Positions 36,638 through 47,844 of a DNA stretch of 47,844 nucleotides are shown here, piece after piece. Position numbers and translations under genes: made by a program. The stretch lies in the NCBI RefSeq assembly GCF_001194135.2, contig NC_068982.1, positions 55,314,701 to 55,362,544 on the forward strand, given 5' to 3'. Positions within the stretch are counted from its first letter, which is position 1, and the number at the start of each line of letters is the position of its first letter. The notes below the pieces were generated by a model. That model saw only the letters and a program-made list of their open reading frames with translations, was not told the origin of the DNA and made no database searches. The stretch comes from Octopus bimaculoides (Eukaryota).

Positions 36638-36859
36638 TACAAAATAATTTATCTTGAAATGTTTTATTTTGTTGTTTAATTTTGGAAAGCTTTTTCCTAC
36701 AGCATTTGTATTAATGAGTTATTTACATTTCGCTTTATCATTTAGTCGTTGTAACCTCTTGAGAGAATATGCATTTCTCACAATGGAAGGAGTTCAATTT
36801 TGCTGATAAATCCGTATTTTGTCTTTTTTCTGGATTCGATAAAATAAATAGTTGTTCGT

Positions 36860-37285
36860 TCGCGGATCAGGTATAAATACTATCTTAGAGCATGGTGTGA
36901 ATAAAACCATTATGAAAGAGGTTCAAGAAAACAGCAATACCGCATCGTCTGTCACACGGATTAACAAGAGACGTGTTTGGTCCTTAGATAGAGAGGTCCG
37001 TTCAAAAACTATACTACAGTCTCCACTCAATGCAGATATAAGCAGTAATGAACCTGTCACTTGTTCTGGGAGGCGTGGATGGGGACACGAAGTATATGTG
37101 TCTCGGGACCCTAAAAGGAATCCAAGAGGGAACAGCTTTTAAGGATTAATGACATTTGCTTCTGACTGGACCCTAAGGAGGAGGTTCCTTAGGACTCTAC
37201 TCTCAGAAATAGTGGACCCTCCCATAAATAGTGGACGGAGAAGATGAAGGAATGGATGATTGAATGGATGGATAGATGGATAGAA
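36860..37285 (+). mobile_element. RTE LINE 3' fragment
   Basis: atgacatttgcttctgactggaccctaaggagg...aaatagtggacggagaagatg aligns with the reverse complement of 17925-18060; (GGAT)n tail. Confidence 0.6.
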
Positions 37286-38349
37286 TAAGTACGGGTTGTA
37301 CACTGAAGTCCATGTAACCGATTTCAGCTTTCTTTGAGAATTTGTGTCTTTGTTAGAAAACCTTATTACTAATTCGGATTTACAGATGAAGTATTTAGTA
37401 AAACCTCTTTACTTTCTGAAATCGAATCTCGACGAGGCCAATTTAACTTTTCCTCATTTCAAGTACTGAGATCGATATAATTGACTGTACTACATGAAAT
37501 CATTACAAAGAAGGTTAACATTACGATTCAATAATGTCTAAACTTCAGGTCATCTTTCCATCCACACATACAAACGGATGACTGAGACTCATTTCTCTGA
37601 TAATATACTATATAACCGTTAGCCCGGAGTGCTAACGATTCTGCCAGCTCGCCGCCTTATCTAGGTTAGGTAATATAAGAAACCAAAAGTTTTGACATAA
37701 TTTACAACTTTTCAATGTATATTTGTATCTCGTACACACACATACACACACAAACACATCCATCTATTCATCCATGCGTGCCTACCTACCTACCTATCTA
37801 CGATACATACATACATACATACATACATACATAATTTGTAGGTGTGAGTGTGCATGTTAAACTGGTCAGATGAAAAAGTTTAGCAGTCCAAAACATTTTT
37901 ATAAGTTTGTCCTAAATGTCCGTGCTTAATTTCAGACTATTATTGGCTTTTGTTTCATACGTTGTGAGTAATACAAAGTTTCCCTTTAATAAGTCCCAAC
38001 TTACTCTGTTAATTGAAAGACAAATTGGAAATATGGTGCATGGCCACCAGGGAAATATGTCCTGTATTTCTCAGATAGCCTGGACAGGCAAAAGGTTAAA
38101 GATCTCCACAAAACTTCACAGCGTTAACTGCCAACTGCGTTATCTCGAAACAAAATTTTGAAGCCTTATTGTAAGTAAAGAAATTAGTCCAATATTTTAT
38201 TTTATTGTTGTTGGTTTTTAGTTATTTATTTTTTTGCACTTGCTCTGTTTTCTAAAAGTTCATATCTTCTACAATTAACAGAAACCAAAAAGCAATCTGT
38301 TTTCATAGAAAATCAATCATGTGGAACCTGTATAACCCTTTCTAATATA

Positions 38350-38540
38350 TATAGGCACGAAACCTGAAATTTTGGTTGCTTACATCGATCCCTCTGTTCG
38401 ATGGTGTTTATTTTATTGACTCCTTAAGGATGGCTAGTAAAGTCAAGCTCGGCGGAATTAGAACACGGAACGTAAAACCGGAAGAAATTCCACTAAGCAT
38501 TTTGTCTGGCATGGTAACTATTCTGCCAGTTCGCCACCTT
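38350..38540 (-). mobile_element. SINE family C
   Basis: aggcacgaaacctgaaattt...gctcggcggaattagaac...attctgccagttcgccacc. Confidence 0.8.
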
Positions 38541-38591
38541 AGAATGTCTTATAAATATGCGAATATCATTAAACCAAGGAAGGCATTAGAA

Positions 38592-38843
38592 CAGTGCATC
38601 TCAACCATTTTCTTACCTAAGGATCCCTTTGACTCTTATTTTACTCGGATGGACCCGCAGAGCCATTTGATGTTTAGAAAATCATATATTTTTATAATTA
38701 AATATTATTAGGATCTGCATTAAAAAATTGTTATAATATTTTGTGTGTTGTAGAAGTATAACCAGTTTATTGCACATAAATTTTAGCAATAAAATCTTAT
38801 GTGGACCCTCAAGGGCCATATGGACACTGATTGAGAATCATTG
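38592..38843. mobile_element. Non-autonomous hAT (Charlie/Buster-like) MITE, 252 bp
   Basis: TIRs cagtgcatctcaacc / gattgagaatcattg; 8-bp TSD cattagaa / gattagaa with central TA. Confidence 0.85.
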
Positions 38844-39579
38844 GATTAGAAGGATGAAATAAGTTTAAATTTCAGTAACTGTAGAAAGAACAAGGAGATG
38901 GAACTTACGGAGAAACTTTTTCGACATTGTTCGACTTGGCACATACATTAGCAAAATCCATCTCAAATTACATTCTACTGTCTTAGATAAGTGGAATGGA
39001 TGGTTACAGCTGAAATGTCGTTGATCAAAGGCATGCCTGATCAATGCTAACCTAGAAAAAGAATGCAGTGTTCTGATTTCTTTTCAAATACATCTATTCG
39101 TCTGAAGAGCATTGACTGCAAATTGAATATAACAGTAAAAATTAATTATTCTAAGAAAAAAGGCGAATGTTTGAAAATTTGAAAGTCATTTATATATTTA
39201 TTAAGATCTGTATGTATGAGGCAAAATCCATAGTTTTAAGTAAGAGCCGAAATTTGTGCGAGTGTGTGTGTGTGTGCGTGTGCATGCACGGTGTGTGTGT
39301 GTGTGTGGGTGTGTGGGTGTGCGTGTGCATGCACGGTGTGTGTGTGGGTGGGTGTGTGTGTGTGCGTGTGCATGCATGGTGTGTGTGTGTGTGTGTGTGT
39401 GTGTGTGCATGTCGGTGCGTCAGAAAAATTCTTGGAATTTAGATGTTGAATTCCGTCCCTTTACCCCGAAGCTGGACTTCATTCTTTGAAGACTATAAGT
39501 AAATGTAAACAATATACACACGTACAAACAAACGCGCGCGTGCGCGCACACATACACACGTACACGCATACACACACAC

Positions 39580-39653
<74 letters not shown>

Positions 39654-39832
39654 CAAGACTATATTTACTCCCAATATAAAGTAGTATCATTTTTATTGCA
39701 GAACATAAACAAAATGTGTGTTTGTGTATGAGCGAGTGTGCGTGTGAAATACGCACGCACACTCACAAATATAATTATAATGAAGGGTACTGGGGAAAAT
39801 GTGTGTGTGTTTGTGGAGTAAATCTTGAGAGC

Positions 39833-40134
39833 GTGGAGGCGCAATGGCCCAGTGGTTAGGGCAGCGGACTCGCGGTCGGAGGATCGCGGTTTCGATTCCC
39901 ACACCGGGCGTTGTGTGTGTTTATTGAGCGAAAACACCTAAAAGCTCCACAAGGCTCCGGCAGGGGGTGGGGTGGTGACCCCTGTTGTACTCTTTCGCCC
40001 CAACTTTCTCTCACTCTTTCTTCTTGTTTCTTGAGTAACGCTGCGATGGGGAGAAGAACACATACGCCATAGAAACCGGGAAACCGGGCCCATGAGCCTG
40101 GCTAGGCTTTAAAAGGGCGCATAAAAAACAAAAA
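39833..40134 (+). mobile_element. SINE with family A head and an alternative tail
   Basis: Matches family A to about 40025, then ccatagaaaccgggaaaccgggcccatgagcctggctaggctttaaaagggcgc. Perfect 13-bp TSD aaatcttgagagc. Confidence 0.9.
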
Positions 40135-41079
40135 AAATCTTGAGAGCATATCCAAGTTGTGGGGTCGAAACAAGCTGCTTCTGAATAGCTAGTCGTCATC
40201 ATGTGCTCTTGTTCCGATATACGGCAGCTAATAGCAGATACTGCTTACCTTATAAGTGAATATTCTAATTTGATATCGATATTGATGTTTGGCAATTGCG
40301 AAACTTACACTTAATACCAAATACTTTCATAGCATTTTTTCCGTTTCCATGTTGTTCTTGGTATAAATAGACCATTTTGCATATGTATTTGTCTTTTGTA
40401 TGCTCAAAGAGAACGGTGTAAATTTCCTGAAACAGTGTTCAGATTGTTATGATGTTTTTAATGCATTTAGAAAAGGACATTTGCTCAGCTAATATAGTTT
40501 TAGTAAGGTCGTGAACATTTGTAAAAAAATATATTTCTTCTCGAAGTCAAAAATGCAGTAAAAAGTCCTTATTGTGCCCCCCCCCCTATACGTGCGCTTT
40601 ACATACGTATATGTGTGCGTTTTTGAGCTGAGAACAAACGATACTCATAAGTGTATCGGTCTGTCTAAACACAAAAAGCGAAGTACCTAAGAAAGAAAAC
40701 CTGAATGCACCGTTTAAGAGGTCAGCTTTTGTTTTATTTCACTCTGAAATGCCAATGTTGCTGAGTTCGGGGATGGTCTTTTTTTTTTTCTTTTTTTTTT
40801 TTTCCTCAATTCGCAATACATGAATCTTCAAATCACACCTTCGTCTGGTGAATAAAGGATGCTATTGGAGAATGCGGTTAGTTTATTAAAAAATGTTAAA
40901 AATGGGATTTGAATGGTTGGAACGATTTTGGCCATAAATTTATACTGATCTAAAACAAATCTGTGGAAGGCATCGACAATTCAGTGAAATTAATTCGGTT
41001 TCAAATCAAGCTCAGTTGATTTGCCGTACTATATAAGAATCTATAAATTTGTACATATTGACAAAATTACTCATATACA

Positions 41080-41467
41080 GGAGGTGCAATGGCCCAGTGG
41101 TTAGGGCAGCGAACTCGCGGTCGTAGGAACGCGGTTTCGATTCCCAGACCGAGCGTTGTGAGTGTTTATTGAGCGAAAACACCTAAAGCTCCACGAGGTT
41201 CCGGCAGGCGATGGTGGCGAACCCTGCTGTACTCTTCCACCACAACTTTGTCTCACTCCTTCTTCCTGTTTCTGTTGTGCCTGTAATTCAAAGGGTCAGC
41301 CTTGTCACACTGTGTCACGCTGAATATCCCCGAGAACTACGTTAAGGGTACACGTGTCTGTGGAGTGCTGAGCCACTTGCACGTTAATTTCACGAGCAGG
41401 CTGTTCCGTTTATCGGATCAACTGGAACCCTCGACGTCGTAAGCGACGGAGTGCCAGCAACAACAAC
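41080..41467 (+). mobile_element. SINE family A (full length)
   Basis: TSD actcatataca / actcatgtaca. Confidence 0.93.
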
Positions 41468-41949
41468 TCATGTACAAGAAGTAAAATAAACAATTGAACG
41501 AAGAAAGAAAGAAAGAAAGAAAGGAAGAAAGAAAAAGGAGACAAACTGAGAGGAAAACATATTTAAAAAAAAGACTCTAGGTATAACTGTATCAACTAAT
41601 GGCGGAAGATGGTAAAGTCAAGTTTCATAACAACGGCTGGGAACCTTTGAAAAACGAAAAAGGCTTATAAATATTTGTTCTTTCGCGCAGATCTACCCCT
41701 TCCGCCCACTTCAGAACGGTGAATCATAACAGGTGTGCACTTGTGCGTGTGTGTCTGTGTATGTGTGTATGTGTCTATATGAGTATGTGCGTGTATGTAT
41801 GCATGTTTGTGTGCGTGTGTGCGTTGCTGCCTACAAATCTAACAACCAAACTCCTAATGTACGCTATATGAATCTTATATATACGTCATATCACCAACCA
41901 CCGTCTCCTTCACGACCACTTTCTTCATCCGTCTCCTCTCACTTCAACT

Positions 41950-41980
<31 letters not shown>

Positions 41981-42228
41981 TGATATTTTCCTCATATATA
42001 AATCATAAACACATCGTTTCATTTTCTCTGTGTCATTTATATTATTATCATTATTAGCAGTATATTTACATAACTTTAATATACACCACATGTGACAGCT
42101 ATACACTCGCACGCGCACGCTCACCCCCCCCCACACACACACACACACATACATACATACGCACACACATACACACACACACATACGCATACACATACAC
42201 ACACGCATATATATATTTATATATAAGC

Positions 42229-42274
<46 letters not shown>

Positions 42275-42308
42275 ATGTATATATGTGCACATATATATAC
42301 ACACACAC

Positions 42309-42382
<74 letters not shown>

Positions 42383-42607
42383 ATAGATAGATGCATATAT
42401 ATTTACATTTACACACACACACGCACACACACACATAAACATACACATATAAGAGAAGCATAACAAAGTGGTTTGGAGGAATAGATTGCAGGGATGGTGG
42501 GGGGTTTCTTTGTAGAGAGCATGCATTTTTTAGCTTCACTGTGAGAAGTAGACACTGTGGTTAAACCACATGTTTTTTCTCTCTGCCTCCAGAAAAGAGG
42601 ATATCAG

Positions 42608-42646
42608 CCTGACTAGTTTCAGTGTTTTATACAGCTTCATCAGAGA
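42608..42646 (-). ncRNA. Minimal type I hammerhead ribozyme, intact core
   Basis: ucu-CUGAUGA-AG(C)UGU-auaaa-ACACU-GAAA-CUAG-UC-agg; palindrome ACUAGU and GUC triplet. Confidence 0.62.
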
Positions 42647-42849
42647 ACACTAACTCATTTTTGTGACCACACAGATATTAAATCAAGGCTTTTCACTATT
42701 TATATGTGGGAGGTGTACTCGTCAGGCAATTGATTAGATCTGAGACCATGTGTTGAAATTAAAACGATTACAGCGTGGAAAATATATATTAGTCATTCAA
42801 AAACACACAAAGACTGTTAACTTAAAATGTTTATTATTTTTATCATTTT

Positions 42850-43062
42850 TATCTTCTTACTTGTTTCTGTCATTAGACTGCGGTCATGCTGGGGCACCAC
42901 TTTGAAGAATTTTTAGACGAATGAATTAACCCCAGTACATTTGGTCGGCTTGAGGTTATAGTAGAAGACACTTACCCAAGGCGCCATGCAGGGGGGGGGG
43001 GGGCTGAACCCGGAACCATGTGGTTGGGAAGCAAACTTCTTAACCACACAGCCACACCTGCC
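42850..43062 (-). mobile_element. SINE family B, internally deleted
   Basis: Tail joined directly to the head half. Confidence 0.82.
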
Positions 43063-44032
43063 TGTTTGATGACAAAATTTTCGTTGCACCAACTGCATAC
43101 AAGTCACTGGCATGTTTCTACTGCATCTGCTATTTATAGCAAAACATAGATTCGGAGATAATGGGATTGGCCGACCCGAATATGCATAACCGCTTAAAAC
43201 GTGCAAAAGGAAATGAGTAAGGCAGTAAAAATTACAAAAGGAAAGAAAGAAGAGAGACTAAATGAAAGNNNNNNNNNNNNNNNNNNNNNNNNNNNNNNNN
43301 NNNNNNNNNNNNNNNNNNNNNNNNNNNNNNNNNNNNNNNNNNNNNNNNNNNNNNNNNNNNNNNNNNNNNNNNNNNNNNNNNNNNNNNNNNNNNNNNNNNN
43401 NNNNNNNNNNNNNNNNNNNNNNNNNNNNNNNNNNNNNNNNNNNNNNNNNNNNNNNNNNNNNNNNNNNNNNNNNNNNNNNNNNNNNNNNNNNNNNNNNNNN
43501 NNNNNNNNNNNNNNNNNNNNNNNNNNNNNNNNNNNNNNNNNNNNNNNNNNNNNNNNNNNNNNNNNNNNNNNNNNNNNNNNNNNNNNNNNNNNNNNNNNNN
43601 NNNNNNNNNNNNNNNNNNNNNNNNNNNNNNNNNNNNNNNNNNNNNNNNNNNNNNNNNNNNNNNNNNNNNNNNNNNNNNNNNNNNNNNNNNNNNNNNNNNN
43701 NNNNNNNNNNNNNNNNNNNNNNNNNNNNNNNNNNNNNNNNNNNNNNNNNNNNNNNNNNNNNNNNNNNNNNNNNNNNNNNNNNNNNNNNNNNNNNNNNNNN
43801 NNNNNNNNNNNNNNNNNNNNNNNNNNNNNNNNNNNNNNNNNNNNNNNNNNNNNNNNNNNNNNNNNNNNNNNNNNNNNNNNNNNNNNNNNNNNNNNNNNNN
43901 NNNNNNNNNNNNNNNNNNNNNNNNNNNNNNNNNNNNNNNNNNNNNNNGTGTGATTTGATAGTTTATTGTCAGTGTCAGCAATCTGATAAAAATAATTTGA
44001 AGAAACAACCTAATAAATACACAGTCAAACAA

Positions 44033-44100
<68 letters not shown>

Positions 44101-44564
44101 GTTGGTGAGTCTAATTCAGCATGTTCACAGGTGACCGACAGTGAGATGGCATTCAGTGACGTGATGGTTTGCCACGGATAAAGTAAGGTAATAAAATGTA
44201 AGATAACTAAAACACAGCACCCAAGAGCGGAGTTGGAGAGGTAATATACAATGTGATTCGTGTCAGCTTTGCCAAACATATCACACTTGTCCATTAATTG
44301 AAGCCATCAGATTAGTGATGTCTCTAGATAATCTCTCAATGATTTAAATACAATGAGATATAACGCGGGATATTGGGGTATTCACCATGAGAAGACCTCT
44401 CACATGGACGCATGGTGCATAAAAGTACAGATATTTATATCGTTGGCAGACAAGAATTGTCTGCAGCGGGCGTTGTAGAAACTCTTAAACTTGCGTAAGT
44501 TCCTTACAGAGACCTAGCACGTCGGGCTCAAGCTTACGAAACTTAAAGTTGCAAGGGACTGAAT

Positions 44565-44596
<32 letters not shown>

Positions 44597-45214
44597 NNNN
44601 NNNNNNNNNNNNNNNNNNNNNNNNNNNNNNNNNNNNNNNNNNNNNNNNNNNNNNNNNNNNNNNNNNNNNNNNNNNNNNNNNNNNNNNNNNNNNNNNNNNN
44701 NNNNNNNNNNNNNNNNNNNNNNNNNNNNNNNNNNNNNNNNNNNNNNNNNNNNNNNNNNNNNNNNNNNNNNNNNNNNNNNNNNNNNNNNNNNNNNNNNNNN
44801 NNNNNNNNNNNNNNNNNNNNNNNNNNNNNNNNNNNNNNNNNNNNNNNNNNNNNNNNNNNNNNNNNNNNNNNNNNNNNNNNNNNNNNNNNNNNNNNNNNNN
44901 NNNNNNNNNNNNNNNNNNNNNNNNNNNNNNNNNNNNNNNNNNNNNNNNNNNNNNNNNNNNNNNNNNNNNNNNNNNNNNNNNNNNNNNNNNNNNNNNNNNN
45001 NNNNNNNNNNNNNNNNNNNNNNNNNNNNNNNNNNNNNNNNNNNNNNNNNNNNNNNNNNNNNNNNNNNNNNNNNNNNNNNNNNNNNNNNNNNNNNNNNNNN
45101 NNNNNNNNNNNNNNNNNNNNNNNNNNNNNNNNNNNTTTAACTTACTCTCTAACTTCTGCCGATGATATATATACATATATGTGTAAAAAAAAATTTCATC
45201 ACGCAATCGAACCA

Positions 45215-45890
45215 ATGAAAGAGCCTCTACCTGGTCGTTCGACACGCTAAAAATAGCAGCCAAAGTATCCCCCTACCTAAATCACACGCCCATTGTACGT
45301 AATGTCCTAGATTATCCCTAAAAAGACGGTTTGCTGAAGGCTGCAATGTCTTTGATGATACGTTTGTTGTATCAGGGTTGATTTGAGGCTAAATAACAAC
45401 AAAATTATAGCTGTGAAAGACCAACGATGGAGTCTGTATGTGGTTGCATGACCTGCTAGAAAAAGTAGCCAAACTTTTTTTTATATACAGAATATAAAAA
45501 CCTCTATCCTGTGATATACACGTAAAGTCCATTATGTCTGGGAAGAAAGACGGAATGGTCACAGTTGGGACGTCTTTGATCATATCTGTTCAATCAGATC
45601 CAACTCGGGACTAAACAACAAGTGACGAAGGGAACGAGACGAGTCAACGAGAGAGTCTTTACCTGGTCACTCGAGTTGCTAGAAAGAGTAACCAAATTTT
45701 CCTGACAAAAAGAAAAATGAAATTTCCGTCTTCAAGAAAAGAAAAATAATGCAAGTTCATATTATTTTATAATATTCACTTAGGAATTCATTACTTTCTA
45801 GAAGAATAAGACAAAATGGTCATGGCTAGAACACCTTTTCTCACAGACCCATTACAATCAGAGTTATCCTGTGTTTAAAACAATATTCTT
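45215..45890 (+). repeat. Three tandem decayed copies of a 200-240 bp interspersed repeat
   Basis: Each has a gctagaaa(a)agcagccaaa-like core and ends in an atcag...ctaaacaacaa-like motif. Related pieces at about 12180-12260 and 38930-39060. Confidence 0.6.
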
Positions 45891-46220
45891 CACTGAATGA
45901 TGAAGCAGCTAAAGTTAAAGAAAAGCTGAAAGAATAAAAGATAGCAAGTATCCATATTCTAAATACTGGGATTCCCTTGACTAGCGTAATTTATTCAGAT
46001 TTTCGTATGAAATAAATAGAAAATATTATGGGAACTCGGTACATATTATAGCTAATATCCAGTGTTGTACGAGAGTAGTTTCACGGATCTTGTCAATCTA
46101 AGTACAGTATTTTTAATTAATTTTTTTTTTAACTAAACAGTTTGAAACTTCGGATACTGGTTGATTGTGTCAGAGGCTCAGCTGAGTAATTATATAGGTA
46201 ATATATGCAATATATAATTA

Positions 46221-46765
46221 TATATATAATAATAAAAGCGAAATTTTGTCCGTCCGTCTGGGAACCCCGTATTTCAGCCTACGTTTGCTCTACATAGACA
46301 TATTATACCTTTTTGGAATCAAGATGACCCGGGGATAGAAAATCTGCCCTTCATTTAGTTCTTAAATACCCAGCATTAGGATCTGATTTAAAAGCATTTG
46401 GGTTACTATTTCTAGCAGGTAAATCTTAGATGATTCACGCCATTTTGGTGACGTTTGTCAGTTGACGTCAGAGGAATGGGAGATAAATGACATTCGCTTC
46501 GTTAATTTTACGTCAAAATAAGAACTTTGGGACAAATTAACCAACAGATGGAATTCAAATTGGGATTGGAACAATAGAATGATTACATTACAGAATTAAT
46601 TCTTATCCATCCTTAACCTCTGATCAAACACCACCGGGGCACATAGTCATTATAGACGTATCATAGTCATATTATTTAGCTCCCTTTAGTTTTGGGCCGC
46701 AGTCCCAATTACACCTCCGCATAAGCTAGCCTAAAAGTCCACACGGAGTGCAGCTTTTAAGCTAG
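46221..46765 (+). mobile_element. Non-autonomous Helitron-like element (545 bp)
   Basis: 5' tatatataataataaaagcgaaattttgtccgtcc; 3' imperfect hairpin aaaagtccacacggagtgcagctttt, then CTAG followed by T. No TSD. Confidence 0.6.
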
Positions 46766-46816
46766 TATGTAATATATGTAATATATATGTAATTATATAT
46801 GTAATAATACACTAAG

Positions 46817-46878
46817 CTGTGGAAACATTGTCTCGTATGAAACCGGTCCGTGGTACAAAAATAGGCTGAGGGCCATTG
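46817..46878 (+). mobile_element. hAT-Charlie-type terminal fragment
   Basis: ggaaacattgtctcgtatgaaaccggtccgtggtacaaaaataggctgagggccattg resembles MER1-like ends (from memory). Confidence 0.45.
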
Positions 46879-47369
46879 TCTTATAGCATGACTTGGATAT
46901 ACACTAAGAAGTAAATCGAGAGTGCATGCTTATTAACACGCTGTTTGATTTCTTGCAATCAAGCCCATATTTTCTTCTCTATTTATAGATATACTGTCAT
47001 TTTAGCATGTGACATTTATTTAGTAAAACGATGTTTTAGCGTCCCAAATTATCATGATCAGTACACATAGTTTCGGTTTCCAACATGACACCGGTGCATT
47101 TCCTAACACCTTAAAAATCTAATTTTAAAATAGCATTCGTGTCTAGTTTCTGAAACGTGTAATATCGTGAATGTTTTTCCTCCTCGTTAATATAATGATG
47201 TTGCACGTATGTGAAAACAGTCACGTTTTATTCAGTGTCTGAAGTGAAGCAATAAAGCAAGAAAATATAAATCAGTAATTTAAACAAGTTTACCTGTGAC
47301 GTTTTTCATTTATTTTTCTTTTTGCTTTTGTTTTTTGCTGTTTTTTTTTTAGTCATTGTTCTTATCTTT

Positions 47370-47780
47370 TACTTCTTTCATGCATTGGTCTGCAGCAATG
47401 CTGGAGCACCGCCTCGAAGGGGTTAGTTCAACAAATCGACCCCAATACTTATTTTTAAGTCTGGCACTTAATTCTATCGGTCTTTTTGCCAAACCGCTAC
47501 GTTAGAGAGACGTAAACAAACACCGGTTGTCAAGCGGTGGTCGAGAATAATAAACGCAAAAACACATGCATACATACAGAATCACAATAACAGATGCACA
47601 CACACACACATATATAAATACATACACACTCCATGGGCTAATACGCAGTTTCCATCAACCAAATTCACTGACTAGGCATTACTCAAATCGGGGCTATAGT
47701 AGAATTTACTTGCCCAAAATACCGAGCAGTGGGATTGAACCTGAAAATACGTGGTTCCAAAGCGAGCTTTCTAACCTGTG
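47370..47780 (-). mobile_element. SINE family B, older full-length copy
   Basis: Tail gcaatgctggagcaccgcc through head ctgaaaatacgtggttccaaagcgagctttc. Confidence 0.82.
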
Positions 47781-47844
47781 CTTATTCAAAATTAAAAGTA
47801 TAAACTTGATAAATAATAACAAAGTAATTAAAAATTATATACAT

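Noticed and set aside
39099-39130. CUGAAGA-GCA-uugac-UGC
   Set aside because: Not followed by GAAA.

Overview
AT-rich, microsatellite-dense eukaryotic DNA with about ten N-gaps. It is most likely octopus/coleoid intronic or intergenic sequence (inferred from the repeat content, not proven). No host gene can be called with confidence, and almost all listed ORFs are microsatellite or gap artefacts. The window is a layered transposon landscape: three long mariner copies from two families, at least four tRNA-headed SINE families, RTE LINE remnants, Helitron fragments, hAT/MITE elements and two Penelope-like (GIY-YIG) remnants. The most interesting signal is a set of minimal type I hammerhead ribozyme motifs with palindromic helix III. 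Two have fully intact catalytic cores (6908-6993 and 42608-42646, both minus strand) and five are variant or decayed; two lie just downstream of, and sense to, the GIY-YIG remnants. Other points of note: a head-to-tail SINE tetramer with a fixed junction, nested insertions that can be ordered in time, a 107-bp-arm hairpin, a locally duplicated TATA/splice-donor-like cassette and a few weak candidate exons. All alignments and folds were done by eye.
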